Source: Selaginella moellendorffii
Lineage: Eukaryota; Plantae; Lycopodiophyta
DNA length: 64,000 nucleotides
Reading direction: 5' to 3'
NCBI RefSeq assembly: GCF_000143415.4
Contig: NW_003314264.1
Location: 1,614,480 to 1,678,479 of the forward strand
Part shown: piece after piece, positions 47,576 through 60,500 of the stretch
How positions within the stretch are numbered: the stretch's first letter is position 1
Layout of the letters: every line of letters starts with the position of its first letter
Notes under the pieces: generated by a model
Seen by the model: the letters and a program-made list of their open reading frames with translations, nothing else
What the model was told of the DNA's origin: nothing
Databases searched by the model: none
Made by a program: the position numbers and the translations under genes

Positions 47576-48298
47576 TTACGCGTCATTGCCAGTGTTGGCA
47601 GGACACTTTGAGGAGAATCCTAGAGTGCCATTGCTGTGCGAACCACGAGTGTGAGCTTCCAGCTGTTTCTTCTCAGTCGGAGGATCCTCCACCACAACTT
47701 CGATCTGCCACCCGGGATCCTGAAATATCACATTACTGCGCTGCTTCCTTCGAGATAACATCCATCGCACGAGCAAAAAGCACACGAGCAGCACCAAGAT
47801 CGCAACCAAAACCCAGAGAAGAAGCTGGAGCAGCGACCACGGCGTCCTCCGAACCACTGTAACTACTGCTGCGGGTGTTGGTGTGGCCACTGCTGCGTCG
47901 TGACCGTCGCGATAACGATGGTGGTGGTGGTGGTGGTGGTTGTGGCGTCCTCCATGGTGGTGACCATGGTGATGATGGTGAACAACCAGAGGAGCTCCAT
48001 CACCGTGATGATGATGGTACACTGCTGCTGCTGGAGCTGGATGGTGGTGGTGAGCATGATCGAGGATAGCAGGCGCTGGAGCTAGATGAGCAGGGTGGCC
48101 GTGAGCAGGGTGAACGAAAGCAGCTGGCACTGGGGCTCGATCTTGAAGAACTGGAGCTAAAGCTGGCGCTGGCTCGTGGCCTTGGTGTCCATGGTGGTGT
48201 GTTGGATGTGCTGGAGCTAGAGCTGGGTGATGGCCGCCATGCCAGGGCGCTTGAGCTCGGCGGGCAAGCATTGGGGTGGCGTGAGCGTGAGAGACCAT
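47576..48298 (-). CDS. His/Pro/Ala-rich single-pass membrane protein, copy 4 (240 aa, H7 tract)
   Basis: Intact paralog at the array boundary next to the sHSP gene. Confidence 0.78.
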   Translation of the reverse strand: MVSHAHATPMLARRAQAPWHGGHHPALAPAHPTHHHGHQGHEPAPALAPVLQDRAPVPAAFVHPAHGHPAHLAPAPAILDHAHHHHPAPAAAVYHHHHGDGAPLVVHHHHHGHHHGGRHNHHHHHHHRYRDGHDAAVATPTPAAVVTVVRRTPWSLLQLLLWVLVAILVLLVCFLLVRWMLSRRKQRSNVIFQDPGWQIEVVVEDPPTEKKQLEAHTRGSHSNGTLGFSSKCPANTGNDA

Positions 48299-48773
48299 AG
48301 CTTACCTGACGAGAGCTTCGACAATAGAAAAATCCAAGTGAGAATGATTATAACCTAACCTTTGATTTAGAAAAATAAAGAGGTACTTTTGGCTTTGTGA
48401 AAAAAAAAAACGAGTGCACTCAATGACGCTGTGGATTGTCAGCAAGGGTGCCATTGGGCTTGAGCATGCCAAAGAGCTCAAACCTAGATGTGAACAGCGA
48501 TTTAATCTCACAATCACGAAATGCTCTAGGTACAAATATCATAATTCCATTAATTAAAGTTGATGGCAAATCCTTCTTAGGCTCAATCCTAATGGAATTA
48601 TGGAAGTGGGAATCAAAAGGAATATTTCAAGGATCTGCTTCCAGATCTTTCTTCGAGCACATTCCTATACCTTTCTTTTCCATAAACATAATAAGAGAAC
48701 GATTGTTCTTTACCAACGCAAAATTTTCACAAAACTAACAAATCAAAATGTAGCTTTGGGCTGAGATGAGCGC

Positions 48774-49673
48774 TCACGAGACCTGGATCTGGGTCACCTT
48801 CTTGGCCTCGGGCTTGATCTTGGGCACCACGACGATGAGCACGCCGTTCTTGAGCTCCGCCTTGATGCTCCCCTTGTCAACCTCCTTGGGCAGCACCATC
48901 CTCGTGTTGTAGCTCCGGCTGTCGCCAAACACGTCTCCCTCCGCGGCCTTGCGCTCGCCGCGGATCACCAGCTCCTCGTCCTCCACGCCGATGCTCACCT
49001 CCGACTTGTCCAGCCCCGGCATGTCCACGCGCATGATGAAGGCCTCGGGCTTCTCCACGATGTCCCATGGCGTCCTCATGCTCGTGCGCGGGGATAGTCC
49101 TCCCAAGGCGGCCGGAAAGGCAGCGGGGCTGTCAACGTAGCGGTCGATCGTGTCCAGCATCTGGCGGAGGCTCCTTGGCTCCCAGATGTCTGCCATGGAA
49201 AAGAAGAGGAATTTCATCAGCGATCAGTAAGAAAATGCGATGGAGTCACTGCAAAATCAGAGCGACGGCCGATCTAACCCCGGAACCAAGAGGACAGCAA
49301 GAACAGCAAGAACAACGCGAAGAGGGAGATGGCCGATCGAGCGCGAAATATGAAAAGAAACGATCCAAGAATCTCGTTAGCGGCCGATCTAACCCCGGAA
49401 ATGCTAGACAACGCAATCGACCGATGGAGAGTGAAATGAGCGAAGTATCGAAAGAAGACCGATGATCCAAGGGAGAGCCGCGGATTTCTCACCAATGACC
49501 CCGAACGGGAGGAACGGCGAAACATCCTTGCGAATGCCCCGGCGCTGCTGATCCTGGGGTGCCTGCTGCGCCGCGGCGGCCGCGGCGGCGTTAGAGTAGC
49601 CGCGATGATTCGCCCTGGCAATGCACGCCTTGAGCTGCTTGGGAGAAACCCTAGCCACGATCTTGCTCGCCAT
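48774..49673 (-). CDS. Organellar (probably mitochondrial) small heat-shock protein, HSP20 family; 2 exons (49493-49673, 48774-49189)
   Basis: Basic, Ala-rich transit-like N-terminus; GT-AG intron at 49190-49492 (phase 1); alpha-crystallin domain PWDIVE...RVDMPGL...IKAELKNGVLIVVVPK. Confidence 0.93.
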
Positions 49674-49751
49674 AGCTCCGCTGCTGACAAACACAAGAGA
49701 ATGGATCAAACCAGAAGAAAAAACCCTGGGGTTTTAAACGTCCAGCGGCTC

Positions 49752-49769
49752 GTCTAGAAGATTCTAGAC
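49752..49769. promoter_or_regulatory. Heat-shock element
   Basis: GTCtaGAAgaTTCtaGAC (alternating nGAAn units) ~80 bp upstream of the sHSP ATG; TATA-like TTTAAAA at ~49732-49738 on the minus strand. Confidence 0.8.
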
Positions 49770-49837
49770 AACCCTAAACCCACGCTAAGTATATACCTGG
49801 AGAATATGCGCATACAAATTTTCGCGCCCGTCGTCTC

Positions 49838-52496
49838 TCACGAATGCCAAGTCTTGTGATCGCCTGTGAGGAGATTTTGCCATCTCTTCCGGAGCGATCC
49901 AATCGCCTCCTCGTGAGGAACTGCTTGGATCAAAATCTTGCCCTCTTTCGGAAGCACCGTGATCACTCCTAGTCGAGAGAGTGTTTCCACGGCTTCCTTG
50001 ACAGGCATTTCAATCTGGAAGAAAACCAAAGCAAGCCGGTGGATTTGCTTCAAAAACCAAAACCATGAGAAAGGCAGACCTGTTGTTTAAATCTGTCATT
50101 GACGTACTGTTCGCAAATCGATCCAACGTGATCCAGATTTGTATCTTCGTGTCTGAGACGGCTATGAAGCAGCAATCCATACAGCAAAACCGCTTGCTTG
50201 AACTGCAGAAAACCACGATGGTGATTTGGGCCTCCCGATGGTTTGGTGTGTGTGAGGAAAACCTGTTGCTCTTCCGAAGCATCGATGAGGAAATGCACGA
50301 CTCCGAAACCACTCGCAAGAGTTTTCTCGTTGAGTCTCTTACTCACTAGAAGCTGGGCCGAAGGAAAGAAGGTTAATCTGTTTAGAAAGCCACAGCTTTA
50401 CCTGGTATCTGTCCCAAGTTTGCTTGTAACCGAGGGACACTCTGGTGACGAAAACCAGCAGCGACACCGTTGCGACAATGTCAAGGATAAATGCGGACCT
50501 GGGAGATCACACTTTTGTAAGGAATGTTGCCACATAAAGGCTTACGGGGAACTTAAGAGGTCATCGAATCTGTAATTCACAAGAAAAGCAAGAAGCCCCG
50601 CAATTGTTGTAAGATCCAAACGAACCTAGTGCAAAATGGTGATTCCTACAATGGTAGAAACTTAAAAGCTGTACTTACTGTGTCAAGCAGTCTAAAGCTC
50701 AGCTTCTTGTTTGGAAACACAACCTGCAATTGTGAAAAAACACTGAGCTTTCTATGGTATAATTTTCACAGGAAGTAGCTTACCTTGAGATCGGGAACAG
50801 GAATGTTGTTGTAAGTGTTCAGCTCGAGCCTCAAATGATCTGATGGATCCACGCCAACGTGTACTGGAGCTCTTTCGTGCATCACAACGAGCTCTTTGAA
50901 AGCCGGTTCCTGCAAATCACCAAACTTTATTGCCTCAAATCCAGCCTCAACCATGAAAGCAAACCTCCAAGCTTGATTTTGTGAGAAAAACCGAGAAAAC
51001 GTTTTTCAGCTTTTCCCAAACGCTGCTTCTCAGCTTGGATTCCAGAGCAGGAAGCAGTATGTCTCCCATGGAAACCCTGTTTAGATAACTTGGCCTGAAG
51101 AAAAAAGAGAAGGCTCAAAACTAAAGTTCTCTCTCGAGGACGAGAAGCTACCTTAGCGATGGTTCCTTTGTTGGTGACGATTCAGGGAAGAGATTAGTCA
51201 CCTCGGTCTTTTCCGGCGGTAGAATTCGCATCCACGTAAGAAATCTCCGGATCAACTTGCCACGAGAGCCAGCAGATGATAAAACAGCTTCGTATCGTGG
51301 AACAGCTCGCTGTGCCGCGGCCCACATTGGTAAGTTGTGTCCCTGGTATTCGAACAACTCGTCGGGGGCCAAAGGCTCCTCAAGCCACTTTCGCAGCGCT
51401 TCCGTCCATGTATTCTCCACCTTTTGCTTCTGATCAAACATGCACCGAGAATGTGAAAAGAAGTAAAGCTTACGTTCATTTTCCCGAGCAATGGCCGTGC
51501 AAAGAGATAGAAAACCCTGCGAAGAATCCACGATTGCAAGTAGTCCAGCTTTGCACCAAAGAGAAAGCCTTCCTGCTTCTCAGTTGCGTAGCCGCGCCTG
51601 CAAAAAGAATAAAAGTTGGACATAGAAACTTTGGAAACAAAGAAAACAGAGAAAGAAAAACTTGGAGAAGAAAGGAAGAACAGTACCTGAAGATTATAAC
51701 GTTGGCTGACGACGTGCTCTTCCAATCGATGTCGATCGGCAGCGTGAGGAGATAGTCGGAATTCAGAGCTGTGGTTAGCTGCAAGTCCCGTGCCGAGAGC
51801 TCTTGAAACTGCGCTCTCCGGAGAACGAGCATGATATTCTGCTGGAAGCGAGACGTCCTGTCCTGCCAAAGAGACCATCACTTAAACTCCTGGCAATGGC
51901 CATGAAAGTTTTTCTATCATGCCTGCTGGAAGGTGCTGCTGCCCTCCCATTCTCCTTGATGTTGAGCGTGCTCTTGCGGTCTTGCTGGGAAATGGCCGCA
52001 AAACTATCCACGCGAAGCTCCTCGAGCAGGGATTTGTGCTCGGCATGCAGGATAGACTCTAGGCAGCTGGAAGAATGCAAGAACTTCAATACAAAAGATT
52101 GCTAGTGATCTCTTTCTTCTATAGCTTAACGTGGAAGAACTTACACGAAACTTACGAGCAAATGGTGAGAAACTGGGATCTCCCCTCCTCGTCGTCGCCG
52201 GCGGAAGAACGCAGCCCTTGCGAGAGGCTTGTCACCAAATCGAGCTTCGAAACCTGGATGTACTTCTGCCTGGTGACTGGGATCCTGGTGACATACCCCT
52301 GGCTGCCATCGCCCTCGTAATCCTGGAGATCGAAAGCGCGCCTCGTTTCCTCCAGCTCAACGCTCGATTCAGCGAGCGGAATGGGATCCTGGCGCTTGAG
52401 ACTAGCAACTTTCGGGCCGAGAATCCTATCCTGGTGGCCAGGGAGTGGAAGAAATCGCGAGCGCCAGGAGCGATTGCCATGGCCGGAGAGCGCCAT
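49838..52496 (-). CDS. DUF3754-family protein (AT2G46915-like), multi-exon; start codon approximate
   Basis: RQKYIQVSKLDLV, CLESILHAEHK, FQELSARDL..ALNSDYLLTLPIDIDW, IFRRGYATE, LQEPAFKELVV and IPVPDLK motifs recalled from this family. Confidence 0.8.
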
Positions 52497-52626
52497 TTGG
52501 CATTTGCCACGACACAAAGAATCAAAGTTTGTGGTTTTGATATCTACTCACACGATGGTCTCTCTCCTCTTTCTTTCTCTCTTGTCTCTAAGATCGCGAG
52601 GATCGTCTCGTCTCGTCTCGGATCCT

Positions 52627-54465
52627 CTATCCTGGGAAGCGTGTTCCAAAGATCCGGAAGCGCCGGCTCGTCCATGGCTGCTCCTTGTCCACATAGTAGG
52701 ACTTGATGCAGCACGAGACGTATGGTGGCGTAGTATCCAGGCCATCGCTCGCGCACAGCAGCCTGCTGAAGCTCCTCTCGAGAGCGCCCAGGCAAGCGTC
52801 CTCGGCCTCCCTGCGAGCCGCGGGATAGCCATTGAAGAACCTCTCCTGTTGTCACACAAAGTTGGTGCTAGCGTGTTCTTGAGAAGAAAGCAAGCTTTAC
52901 CCCGTCCTCGGCGAACAAGTAGGCGTGGATCTGCGCTGTGGGATCCTCCAGAGTGAGCTGCAGCTGGTACACGTACTGCCCGTTTACGCAGCGGCAGAAG
53001 TCGACTGCTCTGGGAGGATTTGCCGATCGCACGCGCACCAGGCACCGAAACTTGTATGTCACCTGAATCGCTACAAAGTTAGATGAAGATAGTCTCGCGA
53101 GTAGCAAACCTGCGGCCATGCCAGAACCTCCCTCAAGCTTGAGTAAGGAACGTGATCGTAGTCCGTGACTGCAAGCCCAACGCTGTCAAGTTCTTTCCAA
53201 GCAAGAAAGCTGCTTGCCTGTGAGTGATAGGAGCGGCTTTGGACAGTTTTCAGGCAATCCTGCCTCGGCGGAAGCAAGGCGGTGCTCGTACCACCTGAAG
53301 ACAGCGTTTCCGGTGAATGACAGAAGGTTGGGATGAAATACCTTTCAGCTTCTTCCACATTTGGATAGTCAGAAGCAAGGATACTGATCTTGCTGTCCCT
53401 AGTGAAGACGCCTTCCAGCTTGCCCCCGCAGTTTCGGCTTGTTATGTTCCGGAACTTGACCCAGCTCCCGACTCGCGGAATCCAGTCCCCGTGTTCGTCG
53501 GAAGCAAAGTCGACAACGACTTGTAAGACGGTGCCTTTCGAAGGGAACTGCCGCAGTGTCACGAGTGGTAGCGATGGGCTCTCCACACTTCACAAAAGCA
53601 AGCTTATAAGACAAACCAAGAACAAAGCGGAATACTGACAAGGGAAGAGATGTTGTTGCTGGTGAATCCGTGCCATCCCAGACGTATACAAACGTAGGAC
53701 AGTCGTCGGACAGCCTGCTTACGTGAAGCACCTGAAGACCCAAAGTAAAAAACAAATCTAGACAAGAAAACCATCAGCAAACCTTGCAGCACAAATCGAA
53801 ATAGGAGTGGGGTTCTTTGATGTCTCTTATTCGGACGAGGTACTCAGTCGAAACTGATGAACAAGATGAGAAGAATGAGGAAAGAAAAGTAAAAAAGATC
53901 GTTACAAACATACGAGGCTTGGAAAGATGAGTGCTCCGCCATGCTCGCATCAAGTCCAGAATCCTTCGGTCGTGTTCCTCGAACGTGAATGCGTTGGACG
54001 AGATCTGATAAGGCTCGTTGCTGCCACCACTGCCGCCATCGAACACAGCAAATGCGGATGCTTTGCCCAAGCTGGCAACCGCCTGAGGCGATCCCTTGTG
54101 AATATCAATCTGAAAGAACCACAGAAAGTAAGAAGGCTAACTATCGGAGGAAAGCTTACCCGGACGCGATGGAAACGTATAATGTCGTGGAGAGCTCTAA
54201 CGTAGGGGACGTGATCTTTGGAGCCGAACACGAGAACCCGCAAGCCGGGCGAGGACATATCAGCCACAGTCATCGTGCAGATCATGTCTAGCAGCATTTG
54301 TGAGAAACCAAAGAAGAGATTCAAGCAAAGAATGCGAGTACCTTTGCCCTTCGTGGGCTTTGGAAGCGAGTAGTCGATGACAACGCCATAGAAGTTTACC
54401 TGTTGCTCCACGGCGATGCAAGCGTCCTTGAGTTTCATGTATTCGTACTTCCCTTCTCCCTCCAT
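52627..54465 (-). CDS. POT1: Protection of telomeres 1 (OB-fold telomere end-binding protein), multi-exon
   Basis: OB1 VNFYGVVIDYSLPKPTKG..DIIRFHRV; OB2 YFDLCCKV..YVWDGTD..VGSWVKFRN; C-terminus KFRCLVRV..LTLEDPTAQIHAYL..CCIKSYYVDK..FRIFGT. Short GT-AG introns. Confidence 0.93.
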
Positions 54466-54576
54466 GGCGCGCGTAAACCCTATCAAACATCGAACAAACC
54501 ATGAAAAAAAAAACGAATTTGATTGAAGTAAAGAGTCTTTACATGTTCTCGCTGGCACTAGGACGACGCATCGTAG

Positions 54577-57500
54577 TCACTCGGTTTTGGTGTACTCGAG
54601 GAGAATGTGGGGGGAGCGATAGATTTTCACCAGCGTCCAGAACAATCCTTCTTCCAGTGCCAGTTCTCTTTCAGCGCGTGCCGCGTATATATCTTCGCAG
54701 ATCGCTATCAATCTGCGAAAGCGAAGAAGCGGTCGACTTAACGCAAGCGAAAAGCATGAAAATCGATCAGCACAGACCTGTCGCACGATGGGAAGTTCTC
54801 GTACGGAATCCTCATTCTCAAGTCCGCGCACTGCAGCCGGATGAAACGACCGACTGCTAGGACGAAGGTGATGTACAAGCTCCAGATGTTGAATTTGCTG
54901 AGGGTGTCGCCGATCAGTCCCTCTGCATTGACACAGTTAGCCAGCCACGAAGCTTTACGTTTGATTTTACTTGGGACTTCCTCCGAAACCGCAATGGCCA
55001 TTGGGCCGGTCACGTCTCCGCAAACACCGCTTGAAGATACGTTAAACGACCACCACGCTTGAGTTTCTCTATTCAAAGTAAGGTTGCCAGACACAGTCGC
55101 GGACTGTAAAGCAGGAAACGTTAGAACACATAGAAGAGATAGTTTCGACACTTACGGTTTGCTCTAGCAAGCGAGCTTCTCCTCCGCTTGTCACTCTAAA
55201 GTACCTCGGATAGAGATCGGCCACAAGGATAGAACTGAGTGTTCCATTTAGGACCTCTTGCAACTGCTTGATCGCCAAAGGAAGCCCGGTGAAGGTGGCA
55301 GTCTCCTTGCTCTTTGGCCTCTCCCGATGGAAATTCCAGGATGGAACCAGTAAAACTCCCTCAGTGAAAGATTTCACCAGATTTCTCAGTGTCGGCGGTG
55401 GTATCAACCAAAGTGAGTCAGCATCCTCTTCACAGCACACCATCTGTACGTCCTTGCTGTCGAAGGAATCGAGAGCGTTGTCGACATCTATGTCATATCC
55501 ACTGTCTAATATATCTGCCATTGAATGTAGATTGCAAAGCTGACTCCTGTAGAATGTAAAGCTTCCACCAGCGGTCCTGAGACTGATCTCAAAGTGTGCT
55601 TCCGTGATCTCGTTCACGAAGTTGGTAGGATTTCCGCTACTATAAATCTGTAAGAAATCATCATCAGCTATCACAATCAACCATGGGAAGTTCTTTACCA
55701 GCATTGGAGCCCAGATAACGCAGATCAATAGAAGGAAAAGGCAAACACCATTTGTAAACTTGACCCAAATACTTCGCTTCTGTCCCAGCTGATGCTTCTC
55801 TCGCGCAAGTTTATTATCGCACTGCACCAAAAAGAGGCTGGCATAGATATCTTCCAGCTGCACAACGGTCGTCAGACATCTAGTGACGAAGGTAGAAAAA
55901 CAAATCGTGCTTACCTTTAGCCAATCGTACATTGAAAGAGAAGTTGTTGTGCACGACCAGTCGAGTACGCACCGAAGCTCGAACAAGAAAGGCAAGGATC
56001 GGTATATACGAAAGCCAAGCCAGCTCAAGCTGTTGATCTTTCTCGTCAAAAACTGCTCGTACAGCGTGTTTTTGTGTGGCAAACCAAATCGCAATTGCTG
56101 TGCCTGAAACGCCAGAGATAAAGCTTTGAGAAGGAAGAAACCACGAAGCGGAAGAAGCTGAAAGAATGTCCCAGTGTTGTTGTGCTTCAGCTCCATTCCC
56201 CAAACAAAATTTGTTATGTAGCCCGTGAAAAAAATGAGCGTAGCAAAATAGTAAATCACTTTCCCGGTTGCAAACGCACTAAGATACAGTACTCTATCCA
56301 GTACTATGAGGAAGAACAGCGTCTGCATAAATGCCACACGTTAGTCGAAAACTTGACGACGAGAAACCTTACGTACAATGAGGGCGAAAACGTATTCTTT
56401 TGGAAACTGATCCTCGAGCTGGTAGACGTCGAGAAACTCTGGTGTGCTCTTGATGAAAGATTGGTAGAACAATGCCATGTACATGAACGCGATAAGGTCC
56501 GTGCCGAAAACGTAGGCGTAAAGATCAACTTGTCTTCTTCCCCCAGCGATGACAGATAGAATGGGATATGGAAAGTTGGCCTGTTCGAGCAACCCGTCCT
56601 GTTTGGCCTTGACAATCTCTGTGGCAACGTCCGAAGCCGGAGTCAAGGATGTGAAGAGGTCGCTAACAGGCCCTCCCAATGCAGGCGCTGCATGAATAAC
56701 TTCCAGCATAGCGAACGCGGTAGACTCGTCCGTTCCACACTCTAGGCTCTCCACACGCACCCGGCTAGCGTCTTCGAGCACTGCACCGCTGCTGCTGGAG
56801 CTTTCGTACCTCACAACTATTAGCAGCCGGTTGAAAGCGGTCTCAATTCTCTCCGGCTGTATACCGTGTTCGGACCACTTGGAGACGGACAGCTTTACTT
56901 GAACGAAGTGAGGAGGGACTTCGGAGCCGCTCGTAAGAGAACGCCAGCACTTCAAGACGGTTTTCAGGCTTCCAATGCAGTAGCCGGCAATCCACGTCCA
57001 GAACTTCCCGGCTGAAAAGTTCTGGTTTGGATTTTCCAGATCGGGCGAACGTCGGGAAGTGAAGAAAGAATTAGAGTCCGTGGCAAGCATCCACTCCCCT
57101 TCACGGTCTTTGATAGAGTTCTGGACCAAGGTGGCTAGATAGACCAGGAAGAGCGGTAGAACACTCGCCACAAACGACCGGTTCATGTTTCTTCCTGGAA
57201 TCCCGATCTGCTTCAACCATGATGGAAGTTCGTCGTGGCCACAGTGGTTTACCAGTGTCTGGTACATGTACTGAAGCAGGATGAGGATTTCTGTGTACAT
57301 AAGCATTGCTGACCAGAATAGTTGTGTTGGTCCTGGATTCACCAGTAGAGCGTAGAGAAACAGGCACGCAGGATACACCAAAGTAAGGAGGCTGAAGTTC
57401 CATACGTAGACAAGCACGAAAAGCACGTAGCAGACAACGTCTGTGTTTGCAAGGACCAGTGAGTAGACGTAGGTGCTTAGAATGCTCAAGCGCTGGCGTG

Positions 57501-60500
57501 TTTCAAACATAGGAGACTTCTGATCTTCAAGTTTTCCAGGAGAGATGTGCTTGGGTAGTCGCCTTTGATCATCACCTTCATCAGCAGAAGAGCTGCCTGC
57601 TTCATCGGAATCTGGATTTTCAATGTTGAGAAGCCCGACCAGGTTGGCGAGTGCCTTGTTTCCGATGTCATGCATTTGCGCGACACCGTTTTCGAGGAAG
57701 GAAACGCCAGATAGAAGACTATGCTTCATTGAGGGTGTCTTCACCATGCTGTCTTCTTTGTCCAGGTTCTGTAAGATAATTCCCCTGTCCAACACCTCAG
57801 GTTTTATCTCGTTGTCATCCTGTTCCAAAAAGAGTTTCCGCCTCCTTCTACAAGAATCAGCACCAGAGTCACGACGGTGTCCAGAGTGATCAAGCAGGGC
57901 ACTGTCCGAAATGGAGTTAACCAGCCGAGAAGGAGTCCCAGAGGCCGCCGCATCCTTATTTGGCAAGAAACGAGGAATGTTTGATGGAGAAAACGCTTCC
58001 CTGAATTTACTCGCAGAGTTCAGCACGTCCAGACGTAGCTGTAGGGGAACCATTTCCATCTTCATCTTATCCACCTGTAACCGCCTCTGTGATTTCTTTT
58101 CTTCTATCTCTCGAACTCGTTGCAGCTGCTCCTTCTTCCATTCTGCTTTTCTTTCGTGAGCACAGGCCAGCGCTTCAAACTGCTCTGCCGCGAGATAACG
58201 AAGGACCTGCTCGAACTCCTTTGTTCTGAAAACTCGAGACTGCAAGCTTACAAGGCAGAAAATTGTAATGTCCACGAGAGCAGAGCGGGCTGTGATCTTG
58301 AAGCCGTAGTCATATTTGTAGAGACCAAAGATGCTTGACGGCGAGCAACCAGCTACAAATCCAAAGAAAGGCGCTTGGAAGACGAGCGACGCCACTATAA
58401 GACTGAAATTGTATAGCCTCAAGAAGAGAAAAATAGTGTTTCGTCTCCTCATAACTGTAGTTCGCATGTGGAAGAATACCATGGAGAATGCGAGGTAGCC
58501 GAGGTGCAAGAGGTCATATTGTAATGTTCCCGTGATGAAAACTAGCAGCAAAACAGCGTGTAAAAGATGGCGATAGAAAAAGAAACGAAGATAGTCCAGC
58601 CATGTCCAATGAACCGTCGTCTCGTAAGACATCTCTGCCCAGGCTACCCTGTGTGTTGCGGATATGCCAGTCCACTGTAGTGATACAGTTTCGAGCAACT
58701 TATTTGCCCGAAGCTGGAAAGACGTAACGATGAAGACCATAAAATATGCAACTAGCACCTGCCTATCGTCCACCATACCTGTACCAAAAAATAAATTAAG
58801 TTAGTTCGATAGAGTGAGTTGCAAATCCAACTTACCAAGCCAGCAACTCCAACAAAACTTCGACTTTCCCTTCAAGTCAGCCCAGCAATCGTGACAACGT
58901 TTCGTTGATTCATTTGAAACACTCCAAGGTGGCGGGAGCTTTGCCAACGTTGCATACTCGTAGAGGAGTACGCCGGCGAACAGAACTGTGAAGGCAGGCC
59001 ATAGCGGACGAAGCCATTTCTTGCTCAATATAATACATAGCGCGAGTATGAGAATATATAGCAAAGAAAAGACGTTGACAACGGCAAACGCTGCGACCAG
59101 AAGGCATAGCATGATCATCTCGACGCCGAATATTGTGAAAAAATTCTCGAGTATAAACTTCCCCCACATTTTCAAAGCCTGGCATTGGGCTTCGTAAGTC
59201 TCCTGCTTCATAATTAGCGCTCGTCTACTCCATTTCCTGCTTTCCTTTGGTGTCAGAGAAGGAGATCTGTGGACATATTTTTTACTATCAGGCGCTTCAG
59301 CGTTGATAACCTGTTCCGGTTTCCGTATAAGAGGTTCATCAAGACGAGGACTGTGGGGTTGGACGCGATGGAATGTGGCCTGACGACGATCGTCGCTGTC
59401 TGCTCTCCCGCTGAATGGTAGAGAAAACAGCATGCATGGCTCCTCGTTTCGTCGTAAGGAACTTGGTACTTGTTCTAGCCATTGGAAGGAGCAGTATTGC
59501 AGCATGCAAGCCAGTATAACCAGTGTCTTGCTGCGGCTTCCAGCTTCAATACCCCAGGGACCTTCCTCGTATTTACGAAGTCCTAGCCAGTGTATAAGGT
59601 CGGCATTTTGCGCCAAGCAGCCATCCTGCCTATCAACCAGCTGGAACAGATACTCGAGAAATAAAAGCAGCCCAGTATACGCAGCGAAAAGCTGAGAAGA
59701 TAAAGGAGAAGACTTCGGCACGGCACAGGATATCACCAGCATAATAAGGTAGACAAATCCGAAACCGCCAACCGGAAAAATAGAAGCATAAAACACGGCG
59801 ACAAACAAAACTTTTCCACTGTGTAGTATAAGGAGCCGCTTTACGAAGTCAGGTTGCTCATAAAACACGGAAAGTGAATGGAGTCTTCTTCCAAGCAAGA
59901 CTGGGATCGCTCAAATCTGTAGAGCTGCAGGACAGCTAATATAGCTAGAGAATCCCATACGTGAAGGAAGAGAGACGCGTTTCGATCAAAGCCCAAGTCA
60001 CCCTTCAAGTCCACGAGTTTCTCAGCAAATGGCTGCAGGTCGGGAAAAACGCTGAGAAGGTACCGCAAAACAAAAACCAAGCATGTGTAGAGGAAAAGTG
60101 GAGACCATAATATCCATTCTGTTTTCCCGAGCACTTGTCGACCAATAATCCAAAAGAGGAGCAGAGCAAGGAAGCCAAACGCAATATAATTTGGCTCCGC
60201 TGCATAGACTGTAATGAGGACTGTGGCGTATACGATATATGTTCCAAACGAACGGTAAGTTGCACGAAAATGCTCACCAACAGTAGCAAGGTGATTAGTA
60301 ATCCAGTTTTCTGCAGGGAGAAGCTGTGTGAAATTAATGGTTGAAACTAGATGCTTACCAGTAGGGGAAGGTTCGAAATTATATGCAAAGGATTTTGAAC
60401 CGTAAACTGATAACACATAAGGCCTGTATTTCAGAGCACTCTGACGTGCCACTGCTGACAGAGAGCTTATCACTTTGATTCCATGATTCTGAACTGCAGA

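Larger units (their letters stand above)
871..48593. repeat. Tandem segmental duplication of a ~6-6.6 kb core unit (units about 871-23324, 23325-41960 and 41961-48593, plus a partial unit at 1-870)
   Basis: The same ordered blocks recur: tRNA-Ala, AT-rich spacer, PPR relic, His-rich gene and its upstream region. With TEs subtracted, start-to-start periods are ~6.4, ~5.95 and 6.6 kb. Homology ends at 'ggctcaatcctaatg' (~48593), next to the sHSP 3' region. Confidence 0.9.

Noticed and set aside
54475-54482. Interstitial telomere near POT1
   Set aside because: It is a single AAACCCTA unit, and similar telo-boxes occur near other genes and in the LTRs.
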